Sequence record: MN850615.1 | Source: Escherichia phage kvi | Strand: one strand, 5' to 3' | DNA length: 64,000 nucleotides | Part shown: one piece after another, positions 43,733-53,590 of the stretch | Numbering within the stretch: the stretch's first letter is position 1 | Layout: every line of letters begins with the position of its first letter | The notes under the pieces: generated by a model | Databases searched by the model: none | What the model saw: only the letters and a program-made list of their open reading frames with translations | What the model was told of the DNA's origin: nothing | Position numbers and translations under genes: made by a program

Positions 43733-44314
43733 TTACGCCTTCTTACGTTCTAAAATTTGTTCGCTGATCAGGTAATTATCAAGGAAGTAATTATGTTCTT
43801 CTTTGGTTACAAAGTCAAAATACAATTCCTGAATCATTTCCTTAGATATACCAACATCATATTCAAATGGATCGTTGATCCCTGAACGTTTAACATACGT
43901 TAACACAATACGGTCCGCAAAGTCAACTGCTTTTTCAATCAGGGAAGGTCCACCAATAACGCTTACCAAACCTTGCAATTTCTCTATGACTTCTAATAAT
44001 TCCTTCAATCCACCATCATTAGTAATCGCGGTATACACATCAGGTTGTTCGCCGTTTTTTGCTTTCGGTGCTGGCTTACTAGTATCGGTACTAACAACCA
44101 CATTCACACGACCTTCCAGTGCTTTAGGGAGACTTTCAAAGGTATTACGTCCCATTACAACCGCCGCAAGATCAACATCTCCCATAGTGCGCATTTTAAA
44201 GTTTTCCATGTCCTTTTTAATTGGACGCCCCCAGGGTAAACCGCCTTTAAAACCAAAAGCCCAATTTTCATCTGACATTTTAGTGTCACCAATCGCAAAT
44301 ACACATTGAATCAT
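43733..44314 (-). CDS. frd: Dihydrofolate reductase
   Basis: 193 aa; GLPW motif; position next to td. Confidence 0.85.
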   Translation of the reverse strand: MIQCVFAIGDTKMSDENWAFGFKGGLPWGRPIKKDMENFKMRTMGDVDLAAVVMGRNTFESLPKALEGRVNVVVSTDTSKPAPKAKNGEQPDVYTAITNDGGLKELLEVIEKLQGLVSVIGGPSLIEKAVDFADRIVLTYVKRSGINDPFEYDVGISKEMIQELYFDFVTKEEHNYFLDNYLISEQILERKKA

Positions 44315-44329
44315 AATATAAATCTCCCA

Positions 44330-44659
44330 TCAAATCAGTTTGAAATAGTTTTCGTTTACATTTTCTTCTGTGATTGCTGTCTTAAATTCTTGACCGTTAT
44401 CCGGTGTGATGAAATAACGGTCAGAATAATCACGAAAACGTTTTAAGTGAGATACCCCAACATTAACACCATGTTCCCAAAAACGAAAGGTAATCATTTT
44501 TGGTTCATATCGATAGTCGCTGGTTAACACAGTACCATCACCGCGACGGGCTTCATAAACCGTAATACATTCACGATTAGCGGCTTTAAGGCATTCTTCA
44601 ATAGTGCCGCACGAGATAATACTTACTTTTTCATCTACGATTTGTTCTACAGTCCACAT
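44330..44659 (-). CDS. Hypothetical protein
   Basis: 109 aa; downstream of promoter at 44691. Confidence 0.5.
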   Translation of the reverse strand: MWTVEQIVDEKVSIISCGTIEECLKAANRECITVYEARRGDGTVLTSDYRYEPKMITFRFWEHGVNVGVSHLKRFRDYSDRYFITPDNGQEFKTAITEENVNENYFKLI

Positions 44660-44690
44660 AATATAATCCTCTCTTTGTTTTGATGTTTGT

Positions 44691-44719
44691 ATTATACACT
44701 ATTGCGTTACGCTGTCAAC
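44691..44719 (-). promoter_or_regulatory. Early promoter (TTGACA-17-TATAAT)
   Basis: rc of TGTCAA..ATTATA. Confidence 0.6.
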
Positions 44720-45044
44720 CTTTTTGTTCCATGAAAAGCGGTGCTGTTTCTTCTTTCAGTTTAATAACTAGCGCGGAAACTTCATCAAGAAAATCTTTTT
44801 CCATATGAGCAAGCATTGATTTAGAATCTTTGATGACTTTCAAAGAATATTCACTTAGATTTCCTTTTCCTAACAATAATGCAGGATACACACTATGTGG
44901 GATCTCGATTTCATGATATTCGCTCATAGTATAATATTTGTGAATTTTTAAATCTATATTTCTTCGTTGTACGTCCACATCAGCAATGACATACAGAAGT
45001 TCGATTTTATCGCTTTTCTGGGAAAGGGTAGCATTCAAAAACAT
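44715..45044 (-). CDS. Hypothetical protein
   Basis: 109 aa; downstream of promoter at 45074. Confidence 0.5.
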   Translation of the reverse strand: MFLNATLSQKSDKIELLYVIADVDVQRRNIDLKIHKYYTMSEYHEIEIPHSVYPALLLGKGNLSEYSLKVIKDSKSMLAHMEKDFLDEVSALVIKLKEETAPLFMEQKG

Positions 45045-45073
45045 TGTTAATCCTCCTTTGTTTCGATGTGTGT

Positions 45074-45101
45074 ATTATACATTACCGCGCCAGCATGTCA
45101 A
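45074..45101 (-). promoter_or_regulatory. Early promoter (TTGACA-16-TATAAT)
   Basis: rc of TGTCAA..ATTATA. Confidence 0.55.
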
Positions 45102-45163
45102 TATATTTTTCATAAAAATTTAGGCAATAAAAAAGCCTCCCCGAAGGGAGGCTGTAAAATTCA

Positions 45164-46138
45164 TTACATCGCTAACAGAGAGTCCAGGTCATCCAGATCA
45201 GAAGCGGAGGAAGTACCGCCACCCAGGTCCAGAGATGCCATCAGGTCATCAGCGGAAGAATCTAACGCCGTGCTAGCTGCGTTAATACCAACTACAGTGC
45301 TAGCTGCGGTCATACCAGAATCGAATGCATTCATCTGTGCGTCAAAATCGTCAAGCTGGCTGTTAATCGCTGCCGCAGCACTGGAAGCCGCAGCACCAGC
45401 TACCATAGAAACGCCCATAGTTTTCTTAAATTTGGTTTCCAGTTCATCGAACGGTTTAAACTGGCTAGGCGCTACAATCTCACTCAGATCAACCATGTTT
45501 TCCATCAGATATTTCTGATATGCTTCGTCTTCAATTTTCGGAAGCTGTGATTGCTGCATGAAACGAGAATCATCATAGTTCTGGTGTTTATCAACCTTCT
45601 TAGCTTTCAGGAGGAAGTTAGCACCGGAGAACACACAAGTTACATCTACCGGAACTTCGCCCATATCGGTATTCACGTTCACCATCGCAACGATCTTATC
45701 ATAAATTTTCTGACCGAAGCGGAATTTGAATACCTTACCTTCATTTTCTGGCGCTTGAGGATCTTTCAGTACCAGAATATTTGCGTAGTAAGAGGCTTTA
45801 CGCTTAATCAGTTGCCATTCGGTTTTATCGGTATTGTACAGGTCTTTTTCGTTAATATATTTGCACACAGGGCAAGAATCAAAATCACCGTGGGTGCTGG
45901 AGCAGTTTTCCCAATACCATTTACCATTAACTTTGAAGGAATGGTTTACCAGTTTCACAATCGGCAGACCGTCTTCTGTCTTAGACGGCAGGAAGCGAAT
46001 CAGGGCTTCACCGTTACCTGCTGCATCAGTCTTAATCTTCCACTCTTTCGGATCTTCTTTGGAGAAACCGTTGCCACCTTTCAGTGCGGCCAGTTGAGCT
46101 TGCAGTTTGGAGCTATCTTGACGACGAAACATGTTCAT
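45164..46138 (-). CDS. 32: Single-stranded DNA-binding protein gp32
   Basis: 324 aa; [19 protein letters not shown] zinc site, acidic C-terminus. Confidence 0.95.
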   Translation of the reverse strand: MNMFRRQDSSKLQAQLAALKGGNGFSKEDPKEWKIKTDAAGNGEALIRFLPSKTEDGLPIVKLVNHSFKVNGKWYWENCSSTHGDFDSCPVCKYINEKDLYNTDKTEWQLIKRKASYYANILVLKDPQAPENEGKVFKFRFGQKIYDKIVAMVNVNTDMGEVPVDVTCVFSGANFLLKAKKVDKHQNYDDSRFMQQSQLPKIEDEAYQKYLMENMVDLSEIVAPSQFKPFDELETKFKKTMGVSMVAGAAASSAAAAINSQLDDFDAQMNAFDSGMTAASTVVGINAASTALDSSADDLMASLDLGGGTSSASDLDDLDSLLAM

Positions 46139-46198
46139 AATTATACCTCTTTATACATTAACTATTGATTAATTTACGTTTTATACTATATCAGATAC

Positions 46199-46795
46199 TT
46201 AATTGCTTGTCAATACTTTATCAATTATATCTAACAGTTTTGGCTTTCTATTTTCAAATTCTAACATCTCTTCGGGAGAAATGTCAACTACTTCTGTTTT
46301 GTTGAAAAAGTTTGGGTCTATAGCATCAGCAACAAAGTTTCTCGCAAGTGCTGCCGCTTTCTCATGAACATATATTCCCAAATATATCAACTTCTTTCTT
46401 TCGACCTGAATATTGGCAACATATTTACCATCTCGTTTATAAAGACTAACACCGATATATTCAGACGATCGGCCTTTCTGTTTACCCATATTTCTTGAGT
46501 TTTGTTGCTCGTTCGCATCTCTCAAGTTTTCAATCCGATTATCTGTTATAATTCGGTTAACATGGTCAACGTATTTTGGCATGTATCCATGATGCATAAA
46601 GAAAATTATTCTATGCTCTTTATGATGTTTACCATCGATACACACCAATCTGTATCCATGACTAGGATTAACTCCACCCGCTCTAGATCCGACTTTATGC
46701 TTTCTGTTTGTCGATATCTTGCGAATCAGCTTACCGTTATCATATTTAAAGAGTTCATGACAACGAGCATACAATTCAGGATCATATGTTTTCAC
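46199..46795 (-). CDS. HNH homing endonuclease with AP2-like DNA-binding domain
   Basis: 198 aa, GTG start; HNH block (DHVNRIITDNRIENLR) and AP2-like (SEYIGVSLYKRDGKYVANIQ); inserted between 32 and 59. Confidence 0.7.
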   Translation of the reverse strand: MKTYDPELYARCHELFKYDNGKLIRKISTNRKHKVGSRAGGVNPSHGYRLVCIDGKHHKEHRIIFFMHHGYMPKYVDHVNRIITDNRIENLRDANEQQNSRNMGKQKGRSSEYIGVSLYKRDGKYVANIQVERKKLIYLGIYVHEKAAALARNFVADAIDPNFFNKTEVVDISPEEMLEFENRKPKLLDIIDKVLTSN

Positions 46796-47459
46796 CTTTT
46801 AACCTCGATATTTCTTTACACTCTTTAACTACTTTAACAAATAATGCTCTTGCTTTTGCGGCGTCAATAACAAGTAGTTTCTTGTACGCCTTCATTTTAA
46901 CACTATAAGTTTGCCAAATCAAGTCTTTGGCTACCTTGTCGTGTTCGTCGATTATATTTAGAAAGCTATCTAACAACATAAACGACTCAAACGATATAAT
47001 CCGATTTTGCAGTAGTTTAAAGATACCGCTAGTTTCGGTTGCGGGATTGTATGTAATTAGCTCTTTAAGAGTAACCCCGCGTTTCTCTGAGAAGTATACC
47101 AGACTTTTAATGTCATCGTCAAATCGTGTTGCCGCATCAGTGATTTTACCGATGTACTCCATGTAAAACCCGTATGCGTCAACATCGGTGATTTCACCTA
47201 CCCATGCATCGGTATTAGATACCAGATTGCTTAGGAATAGGAAGTATAATTCTCTTAGATTGTACTTTTCCGCTAATTTTGCGAAATAATACTTATCTCT
47301 GCGTTTATTGAATGCGGCATCAGATAACCGCATCCTCCAATTATATTTTACGCAATCATAACGCCCGTTCATATGAGCTTTCATCATGCAATATAACATA
47401 TACACAGATTTAGCATTAATTCGCATATCTGGTTCTGGAGGAAGACGGTTTCTGATCAT
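46782..47459 (-). CDS. 59: Helicase loader gp59
   Basis: 225 aa; KYNWRMRLSDAAFNKRRDKYYF, IISFESFMLLDSFLNIID match T4 gp59. Confidence 0.9.
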   Translation of the reverse strand: MIRNRLPPEPDMRINAKSVYMLYCMMKAHMNGRYDCVKYNWRMRLSDAAFNKRRDKYYFAKLAEKYNLRELYFLFLSNLVSNTDAWVGEITDVDAYGFYMEYIGKITDAATRFDDDIKSLVYFSEKRGVTLKELITYNPATETSGIFKLLQNRIISFESFMLLDSFLNIIDEHDKVAKDLIWQTYSVKMKAYKKLLVIDAAKARALFVKVVKECKEISRLKGENI

Positions 47460-47468
47460 ACATACCCC

Positions 47469-47738
47469 TTAAATATCGAGAGTGTTGGTCGGTTCGTCGA
47501 TCACTCCCTTCCTGAGTGTTCTATTTACTATACATTCTTGTGTGATCTTGTCAATAATGGACACCGGAATATACTTCTGATAGTGACCATATTCGATAGA
47601 GTTTTCCTCTACAAACTGCGTTGTCGCTTCAAGATAAGTCAATCCCTCTTCAACAACCAGTTTTTCGATTGCAAGACCGTTTGCTGTTTTATTCGCGGCT
47701 TTTACCGCATGTTCATTAAGCATTGAACACCCGATCAT
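47469..47738 (-). CDS. 33: Late transcription accessory protein gp33
   Basis: 89 aa (ATG at 47738 or 47723); LTYLEATTQFVEENSI matches T4 gp33. Confidence 0.75.
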   Translation of the reverse strand: MIGCSMLNEHAVKAANKTANGLAIEKLVVEEGLTYLEATTQFVEENSIEYGHYQKYIPVSIIDKITQECIVNRTLRKGVIDEPTNTLDI

Positions 47739-47991
47739 AGAGTTCTACCGCTTCGTCGCGTTCTGCTTCGAAGGTTTCGCGCTGTTGCTGGTGATACAGT
47801 TTAAACAGAATGCCCCACATTTTACCATCTACGCCTAATTCTTCTTTAGCACGCTGTTTGATCTCTTTGATCTTATCGCCATATGCTTCTTGAATGGTTT
47901 TCTGATCGCTGGCTTCTTTAATCAGTTGCGCCAGGGTATTTCCGTGTACATTTTCATCGAATACTACTTTTTCTTTTTTCTGTTCAGTCAT
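47716..47991 (-). CDS. dsbA: DsbA-like dsDNA-binding protein
   Basis: 91 aa; position between 33 and rnh. Confidence 0.7.
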   Translation of the reverse strand: MTEQKKEKVVFDENVHGNTLAQLIKEASDQKTIQEAYGDKIKEIKQRAKEELGVDGKMWGILFKLYHQQQRETFEAERDEAVELYDRVFNA

Positions 47992-47996
47992 AATAT

Positions 47997-48596
47997 TTAA
48001 CCCTCTTTCGTCATTAATTGAAAACCACGTTCAGCTTTTGAAATTTCGCTAGGACTTAAATCGTCACCAACATATTCTAGCATCATTTCTCGGATAATGT
48101 CAAGTGCTTTTTCATCACCTGATTTTAACTCGAACTCAAGTTCATAATGAGCAGTGTTTCCCAATCCTTCGCCTACTTTGCCATAATAGAAAGTGTCTTT
48201 GCACATTTCCACTATACCACAACCCATATCTAGAGTCAATGACTTGCGATATGTCATTACTTGCATTATTGCAGTGATATAGTCGGAGTTTACCCCTAGA
48301 CTATCAATAAAATGGACGAACTCATCCCAATTTGAAAATGTCATTTCCTCGCGGTTGAATAGTCCAGATTCATTATCACCCATTTTGACCATGATCTCTG
48401 ATTTTCTACAGTCAAGTCGTGCATAAATTCCTTTTTGACGTAGCGCATGATCTTCGGTATCATAATAAAATTCGTGTTTTAATATGTTATCTCGGTCTAA
48501 GAGATTGTACCCGTCATACATTGCCACCCACAAATCACAGATGGTTTCGACGCCAATTTGTGAGTGTGCATAGTATTTTAATTCAAGTTCTTTCAT
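47997..48596 (-). CDS. CYTH (triphosphate tunnel metalloenzyme)-like protein
   Basis: 199 aa; N-terminal ELELK (ExExK), YYDTED, C-terminal HYELEFELK. Confidence 0.5.
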   Translation of the reverse strand: MKELELKYYAHSQIGVETICDLWVAMYDGYNLLDRDNILKHEFYYDTEDHALRQKGIYARLDCRKSEIMVKMGDNESGLFNREEMTFSNWDEFVHFIDSLGVNSDYITAIMQVMTYRKSLTLDMGCGIVEMCKDTFYYGKVGEGLGNTAHYELEFELKSGDEKALDIIREMMLEYVGDDLSPSEISKAERGFQLMTKEG

Positions 48597-48606
48597 GTGT
48601 CAACCC

Positions 48607-49554
48607 TTAGAACTCACCAATTTTCTGTAACATTTTAACTAACGCATTTGTTACAAAATAGTTATAAATTTTACCGCGTGGTGCTGGTTTAGATTTTTCC
48701 CATGCTAACAAAATTTCATATTCGATGTTATCAGGAATAAATTCAAAATCAATAAGTTCGCGGTTTTCGTCAAAGCGTCGTGCTTCTTCCTCTGTCATCA
48801 AAGACTTTGGATCTTCGGCATCGAAAATTTGCTCTAACCATTTGGTTGCAATTGGTTTAGCTCGTTCTCCTTCCAGTCGTGAGATAATGAAATCACTACG
48901 GCACTTGATAGAAGCTACACCGTCTTTTGCGTCACCCTTAACACATTTTACCATAAGGTCTTTGTAAGGGCTACCATATTTGCATTTCTTCCACGCTTTC
49001 TGTACTGGCGACCACTGTTTCACGTTTTTGTATTTGTGCAACTGTGTGTAGTCACCATCGCCGGAGTTGATTAGCACCTGGCGACCTTCTACAGAAAACT
49101 TTTTAGTTAATACAGCGATTATATCATCCGCTTCAACTTTGTCAACCTTAATAACGTGATAAGGCATGTTCTCTTTAAACTCTTCGGTGATCTTATTGAT
49201 CGCAGCAAAGATCATCTCCCAATCACGCGGATCTGCGTCTCGTTTTTCCTTACGGTTGCGTTTATAGTAAGGTGCGATATCACGTCGCCAGTAACCTTTG
49301 CTTGAATCAAAGGCAAGTACCGTAATTGGGTATTGCTCTTTGAATTTTGTCATATTATAACGCATGGTGTCAAGGATAAGATGACGGATCATACCTTCAT
49401 TAATAGGATCTTCCGGTTTAAAGGTATGTGAGATAGTAGCAATCATAAGCTGCGACATATCAATCAAATGCACACCTTCCGGCAGTTTATCTTCTGGATC
49501 ATCGAAGAAATCATTAAGTGTAGCGGTCGTTTTTGTAAATGGGTTATACGTCAT
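48607..49554 (-). CDS. rnh: RNase H (FEN-family 5'-3' exonuclease)
   Basis: 315 aa; GYWRRD, VEADDIIAVL, SGDGDYTQLHKYKNVKQWSP match T4 RNase H. Confidence 0.9.
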   Translation of the reverse strand: MTYNPFTKTTATLNDFFDDPEDKLPEGVHLIDMSQLMIATISHTFKPEDPINEGMIRHLILDTMRYNMTKFKEQYPITVLAFDSSKGYWRRDIAPYYKRNRKEKRDADPRDWEMIFAAINKITEEFKENMPYHVIKVDKVEADDIIAVLTKKFSVEGRQVLINSGDGDYTQLHKYKNVKQWSPVQKAWKKCKYGSPYKDLMVKCVKGDAKDGVASIKCRSDFIISRLEGERAKPIATKWLEQIFDAEDPKSLMTEEEARRFDENRELIDFEFIPDNIEYEILLAWEKSKPAPRGKIYNYFVTNALVKMLQKIGEF

Positions 49555-49556
49555 AA

Positions 49557-49742
49557 TTAAGTTCTCTCCACTCTCACAACAACATATTCGCCAAACGAGT
49601 TAGATACTTCACGGTCATACCCGTACTTCTCCATAACTCGCAGAATTGCATTGTTTAATTCGGCGCGGAAATAATTGTAATCCTTATCAGGGATTCTGTC
49701 AACTACCCATTTTGCACCTTCTGACAAATCAACTTTAACCAT
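49557..49742 (-). CDS. Hypothetical protein
   Basis: 61 aa upstream of rnh. Confidence 0.45.
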   Translation of the reverse strand: MVKVDLSEGAKWVVDRIPDKDYNYFRAELNNAILRVMEKYGYDREVSNSFGEYVVVRVERT

Positions 49743-49780
49743 AATATATCATCCTCTTTTGTTTCTATCAAGCCTTATTT

Positions 49781-49788
49781 TATAAATA
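49781..49788 (+). promoter_or_regulatory. Late promoter motif TATAAATA for gene 34
   Basis: Exact TATAAATA 29 nt upstream of gp34 ATG. Confidence 0.5.
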
Positions 49789-49816
49789 TGAACATACTAT
49801 AAAAGGAGACCCAATA

Positions 49817-52800
49817 ATGGCAGATTTTTCTCAACATTTCAAGGCCACATTTGGCTTTGACGCTGGTAATGAAAAGGTCGTCAATGTAGCATTGGCTGAT
49901 AAGAATGTCAACACCGATGCGGTCAACGTTGAATTTTTCAATTACCATAATGGTATTACTCAGTATGACACAACTCGCGGTTATGATCAATACGGAACTA
50001 CAATCTATCAAAACCGTCCGTATTATGCAAAAGAAGATATCACAAAGCCAGCAGGTGATTTTGACCCGACTAAATGGCAAGCACTGCGCACGGACCCACG
50101 TTGGGATTATATTGCAGCAACTTCCGGTGATACTCCTTTACAGTCTGGTGATTATATCGCAGCAGATGGTCAATTTGCAAACTTGACTTTCTCTATGCCA
50201 ACTAAACCAGCAGAGGGAGACACTATAACAGTAAAAGATATCGGTGGCAAGTGTGGTGTTAACGAATTATCGTTCTTGAGTACAGGACATGAGTTTTACC
50301 ATAACGGTAATGTGTACAACCGAAAATGGTATTGCACTACCCCGTATGCAATGAACTATTTCATCTTTGTTCGTAATCGTTGGCATGTTTATCAGACAGG
50401 AACAGAGCCACGCGGTGTGTACGCACAGCCAGCGATTGATGCTATTCAAATGCAGAATGGTGATCAGGTATTTCGTCGTAGTTCGTTGGGTAATATTACC
50501 TTAGTGCTTCCTAAGTTTGCCAACAATGGCGACATGATCCAGACTACAGACCTTGACGGATTAACCGCAACCAACCACGTTACGGTTAAAGTTCATGAGC
50601 ACGCAGAAGAACAATCAATTGGCACGTCCGGTCTAAAAGAGATTATCGGTAAGCGTAGCGGTCATGGTGTATTCATCTTTGACAAGACGGAAAACTTATG
50701 GCGTTTGTGGGATGGTGATCAGTCTGTTCGTCTTAAACCGATCATCGATGACACTCGCTTGCAACCTAATAGCTATGTTGCTGTATTTGGTGATCGTGAT
50801 GTTACTCTGACGCTGCCGACCAATGTCGAGCCGGGTGATCGTATTCAAGTTTCTATGCAGTATATGAACGGAAACCAGAATTGCCGTATTATCACCGCCA
50901 CAGAGGATACAAAAATCCTTATGCAGAAAAACATGGTTCAGTTTCCTAAGCGTAGCGAGTACCCATTCAATGGGACCGATACATGGACGGGAGTATCTGA
51001 ATTATCTTTCAACGCTGCAAATGATTATGTACCTTATCTGGAGTTCTCTTATTCAGAAGGTGATGATGGTAAGAAATACTGGTTGGTGGCACATGCTCAC
51101 CCGATTGTAGAACGAGTAGATCCGACTCGTAAAGATCGTGTTGGTGTAATTGCACTGGCTACCCAGACTGAAACGAATAAAAATCATGAAGATAATCCTA
51201 GCGACGAAGTTGCGGTGACTCCAAAGGTTCTGGCTAATAAAACAGCCAACGAAACTCGACGCGGTATTGCTCGCATTGCGACTCAAGCGGAAACGCATCA
51301 AGATACTGGTTCCAACTTCCTGGATGATGTTATCGTTACGCCTAAAAAGTTAAATGACTGTGTTGCTACCGAAGCCCGTCGTGGTGTGATGGAAATTGCA
51401 ACTCAACATGAAACCAATGAAGGTTTAGACGATACCCGCGCTATTACTCCTAAGAAATTAGAAGAACGTCGCGCTTCCGAAGATCTCGCTGGTATTGCTG
51501 AAATTGTTCAGGCTGGCGGCAGTGCTGCCGCTCGACGTGGCGAAGCTGGTACAGGGATCTATAACATCAATGACCATGCTAAAATTGTTACGCCAAAAAA
51601 CATCAACGAAGTCAAGGCGACCGAAACTTCCCGTGGTGTTGGCTATCTGGCAACTGACGCGGAAGTGCAAGGGGCTACAGAATCAACCCCGCAAGATGCT
51701 TTACTCATCACGACTCGCACGCTAACGAAACGTACTGCTACCGAATCGCGCACTGGTATCGCTGAAATTGCAACTCAGGAAGAAACAAACTTAGGTCAAA
51801 GTGATAACCATATCATCACGCCTAAAAAGCTGCATACTCGCCGCGCAACGGAAACTTTACACGGTTTAGCAGAAATTGCAACTCAGCCGGAATTTGACGC
51901 AGGTCGTGACGATTCTCGCATTTCTACCCCATTGAAGATTAAAACCTTCTTTGAGAATGCACAGCGTTTGAAAGTAGATCCGACTCAGGGGCTTAACCTT
52001 ACTGGTGATTTGTGGCAAGGTATCATGATCAGCGGTCTGGATGCAACCGAAGACACAAAAGGTGTCGCTAAAGTTGCTACTACTCAGCTTACGGATGCGG
52101 GTCAAGATGATACTACAATCATCACGCCTAAAAAGCTGCAAGGCAAAAAGGCAACCGAAGGTAAAGAAGGTATTATCCGAGTTGGTACTCAAGCCGAAAC
52201 CGTGGCTGGTGCACTGGCTAATGTAGCAATTTCTCCGAAGAACTTCAAATATGTTGTTCAGACAGAGGATACATGGAAAGCAACCGAATCGCGTCGTGGC
52301 TTCTTGAAAGTTGCTACTCAGGAAAACTGTTTTGTTGGTGATAATCTGCAAGGTTCTACTCAAGAACTAGGAAACTACCAGCATGACGGAATTGCTGTTA
52401 CCCCGAAAGGATTAAACTACGCACTTGCTAATTTCTTACCTAAGATGGCAACCGCTCAGAATAGTTTGAAATTGGGTAACGTAGAGGCCGCTAAATGGGC
52501 GCGTAGAGACATTGACCAGACCATAGAGAGCAATTACACGTTTAATAAAAAAGTTAACGTGAAGGGCGATTTAGAGTGCTTAAAATCAGGTTCCTTTGAA
52601 ACTCTGTCTGTGACTAAGAACTCGACCGATGTTCCGAGTAATGGTCATCTGGTGTTGGGTGAGCGTGGAGTTGACGGTCACACCGGAATTACTCTGCATG
52701 GCACAACCGCATCGGAAGGCATGAAAAACTCTTGGTCTATTATCGTTGGTGGTACTGGAACAGCGCAAGTTGTTGATAGTGATGCTATCGCTTTCGGTAA

Positions 52801-53557
52801 AATCAATGATGGTGGAGTCGTTGAGCATTACGCCTTTGCTATGAAACACAATGGCGACGCGACAGCATATAGAGACTTTATTGCAGGTCGTAACCTGTAT
52901 GCGAAACAAGGCGGTTTATACATTGTTGACCAGTCTAATCCGGCAATGACTCGTTCCCCAGATGGTATGCTGAATATCGGTCACGGTGGAAGTGTTAACA
53001 TCAAGGCAGGGCATCAAACGTTAACTACAGAGATCGCCGGACAGAAGTATCAGATCGTACACGCAGGAAACGCTGACGAAGTTCTTAACCGTCAGTTTGT
53101 TAAGAATGCTGGCGATACAATGGTCGGTAAGCTGACTATGGATAATGCGCCTATTGTTTCTGTTAAGCATGAAGCTAGCGCGGCAACCGCTCCGGCAATC
53201 GGTAACATCGGTTTCTGGAATATGCGAGTTACTACCCAGAACATCAAAGAAACTTATCCAGAGAAGAAAAACGGTACTCTGATGCAATGGGGTACTGACG
53301 CGGACGGGCTTACCCAGCTTTGGTCCCCTGATGGTACTCATAAACATTATATCCGTTCCGGTACTGGTGGTCAATGGACCGCATGGGGTGAAATTTACAC
53401 CAAACAGAATAAGCCTACCGCTCAGGAAATCGGGGCAGTAGTTGCAGAAGGTGGTTTAATGAACTCTATGACGGTTCGTGACTGGATCAAAGTTGGTAAT
53501 GTTAAAATCATCGCCAATAATCTGACTCGTACCGTAGACTTTATTTGGGAAGACTAA
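49817..53557 (+). CDS. 34: Long tail fibre proximal subunit gp34
   Basis: 1246 aa; repeated ATQAET/IATQ motifs; size and position. Confidence 0.9.
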   Translation: MADFSQHFKATFGFDAGNEKVVNVALADKNVNTDAVNVEFFNYHNGITQYDTTRGYDQYGTTIYQNRPYYAKEDITKPAGDFDPTKWQALRTDPRWDYIAATSGDTPLQSGDYIAADGQFANLTFSMPTKPAEGDTITVKDIGGKCGVNELSFLSTGHEFYHNGNVYNRKWYCTTPYAMNYFIFVRNRWHVYQTGTEPRGVYAQPAIDAIQMQNGDQVFRRSSLGNITLVLPKFANNGDMIQTTDLDGLTATNHVTVKVHEHAEEQSIGTSGLKEIIGKRSGHGVFIFDKTENLWRLWDGDQSVRLKPIIDDTRLQPNSYVAVFGDRDVTLTLPTNVEPGDRIQVSMQYMNGNQNCRIITATEDTKILMQKNMVQFPKRSEYPFNGTDTWTGVSELSFNAANDYVPYLEFSYSEGDDGKKYWLVAHAHPIVERVDPTRKDRVGVIALATQTETNKNHEDNPSDEVAVTPKVLANKTANETRRGIARIATQAETHQDTGSNFLDDVIVTPKKLNDCVATEARRGVMEIATQHETNEGLDDTRAITPKKLEERRASEDLAGIAEIVQAGGSAAARRGEAGTGIYNINDHAKIVTPKNINEVKATETSRGVGYLATDAEVQGATESTPQDALLITTRTLTKRTATESRTGIAEIATQEETNLGQSDNHIITPKKLHTRRATETLHGLAEIATQPEFDAGRDDSRISTPLKIKTFFENAQRLKVDPTQGLNLTGDLWQGIMISGLDATEDTKGVAKVATTQLTDAGQDDTTIITPKKLQGKKATEGKEGIIRVGTQAETVAGALANVAISPKNFKYVVQTEDTWKATESRRGFLKVATQENCFVGDNLQGSTQELGNYQHDGIAVTPKGLNYALANFLPKMATAQNSLKLGNVEAAKWARRDIDQTIESNYTFNKKVNVKGDLECLKSGSFETLSVTKNSTDVPSNGHLVLGERGVDGHTGITLHGTTASEGMKNSWSIIVGGTGTAQVVDSDAIAFGKINDGGVVEHYAFAMKHNGDATAYRDFIAGRNLYAKQGGLYIVDQSNPAMTRSPDGMLNIGHGGSVNIKAGHQTLTTEIAGQKYQIVHAGNADEVLNRQFVKNAGDTMVGKLTMDNAPIVSVKHEASAATAPAIGNIGFWNMRVTTQNIKETYPEKKNGTLMQWGTDADGLTQLWSPDGTHKHYIRSGTGGQWTAWGEIYTKQNKPTAQEIGAVVAEGGLMNSMTVRDWIKVGNVKIIANNLTRTVDFIWED

Positions 53558-53590
53558 TTAAAGGGGGCGAAAGCCCCCTATGGGGTTATT

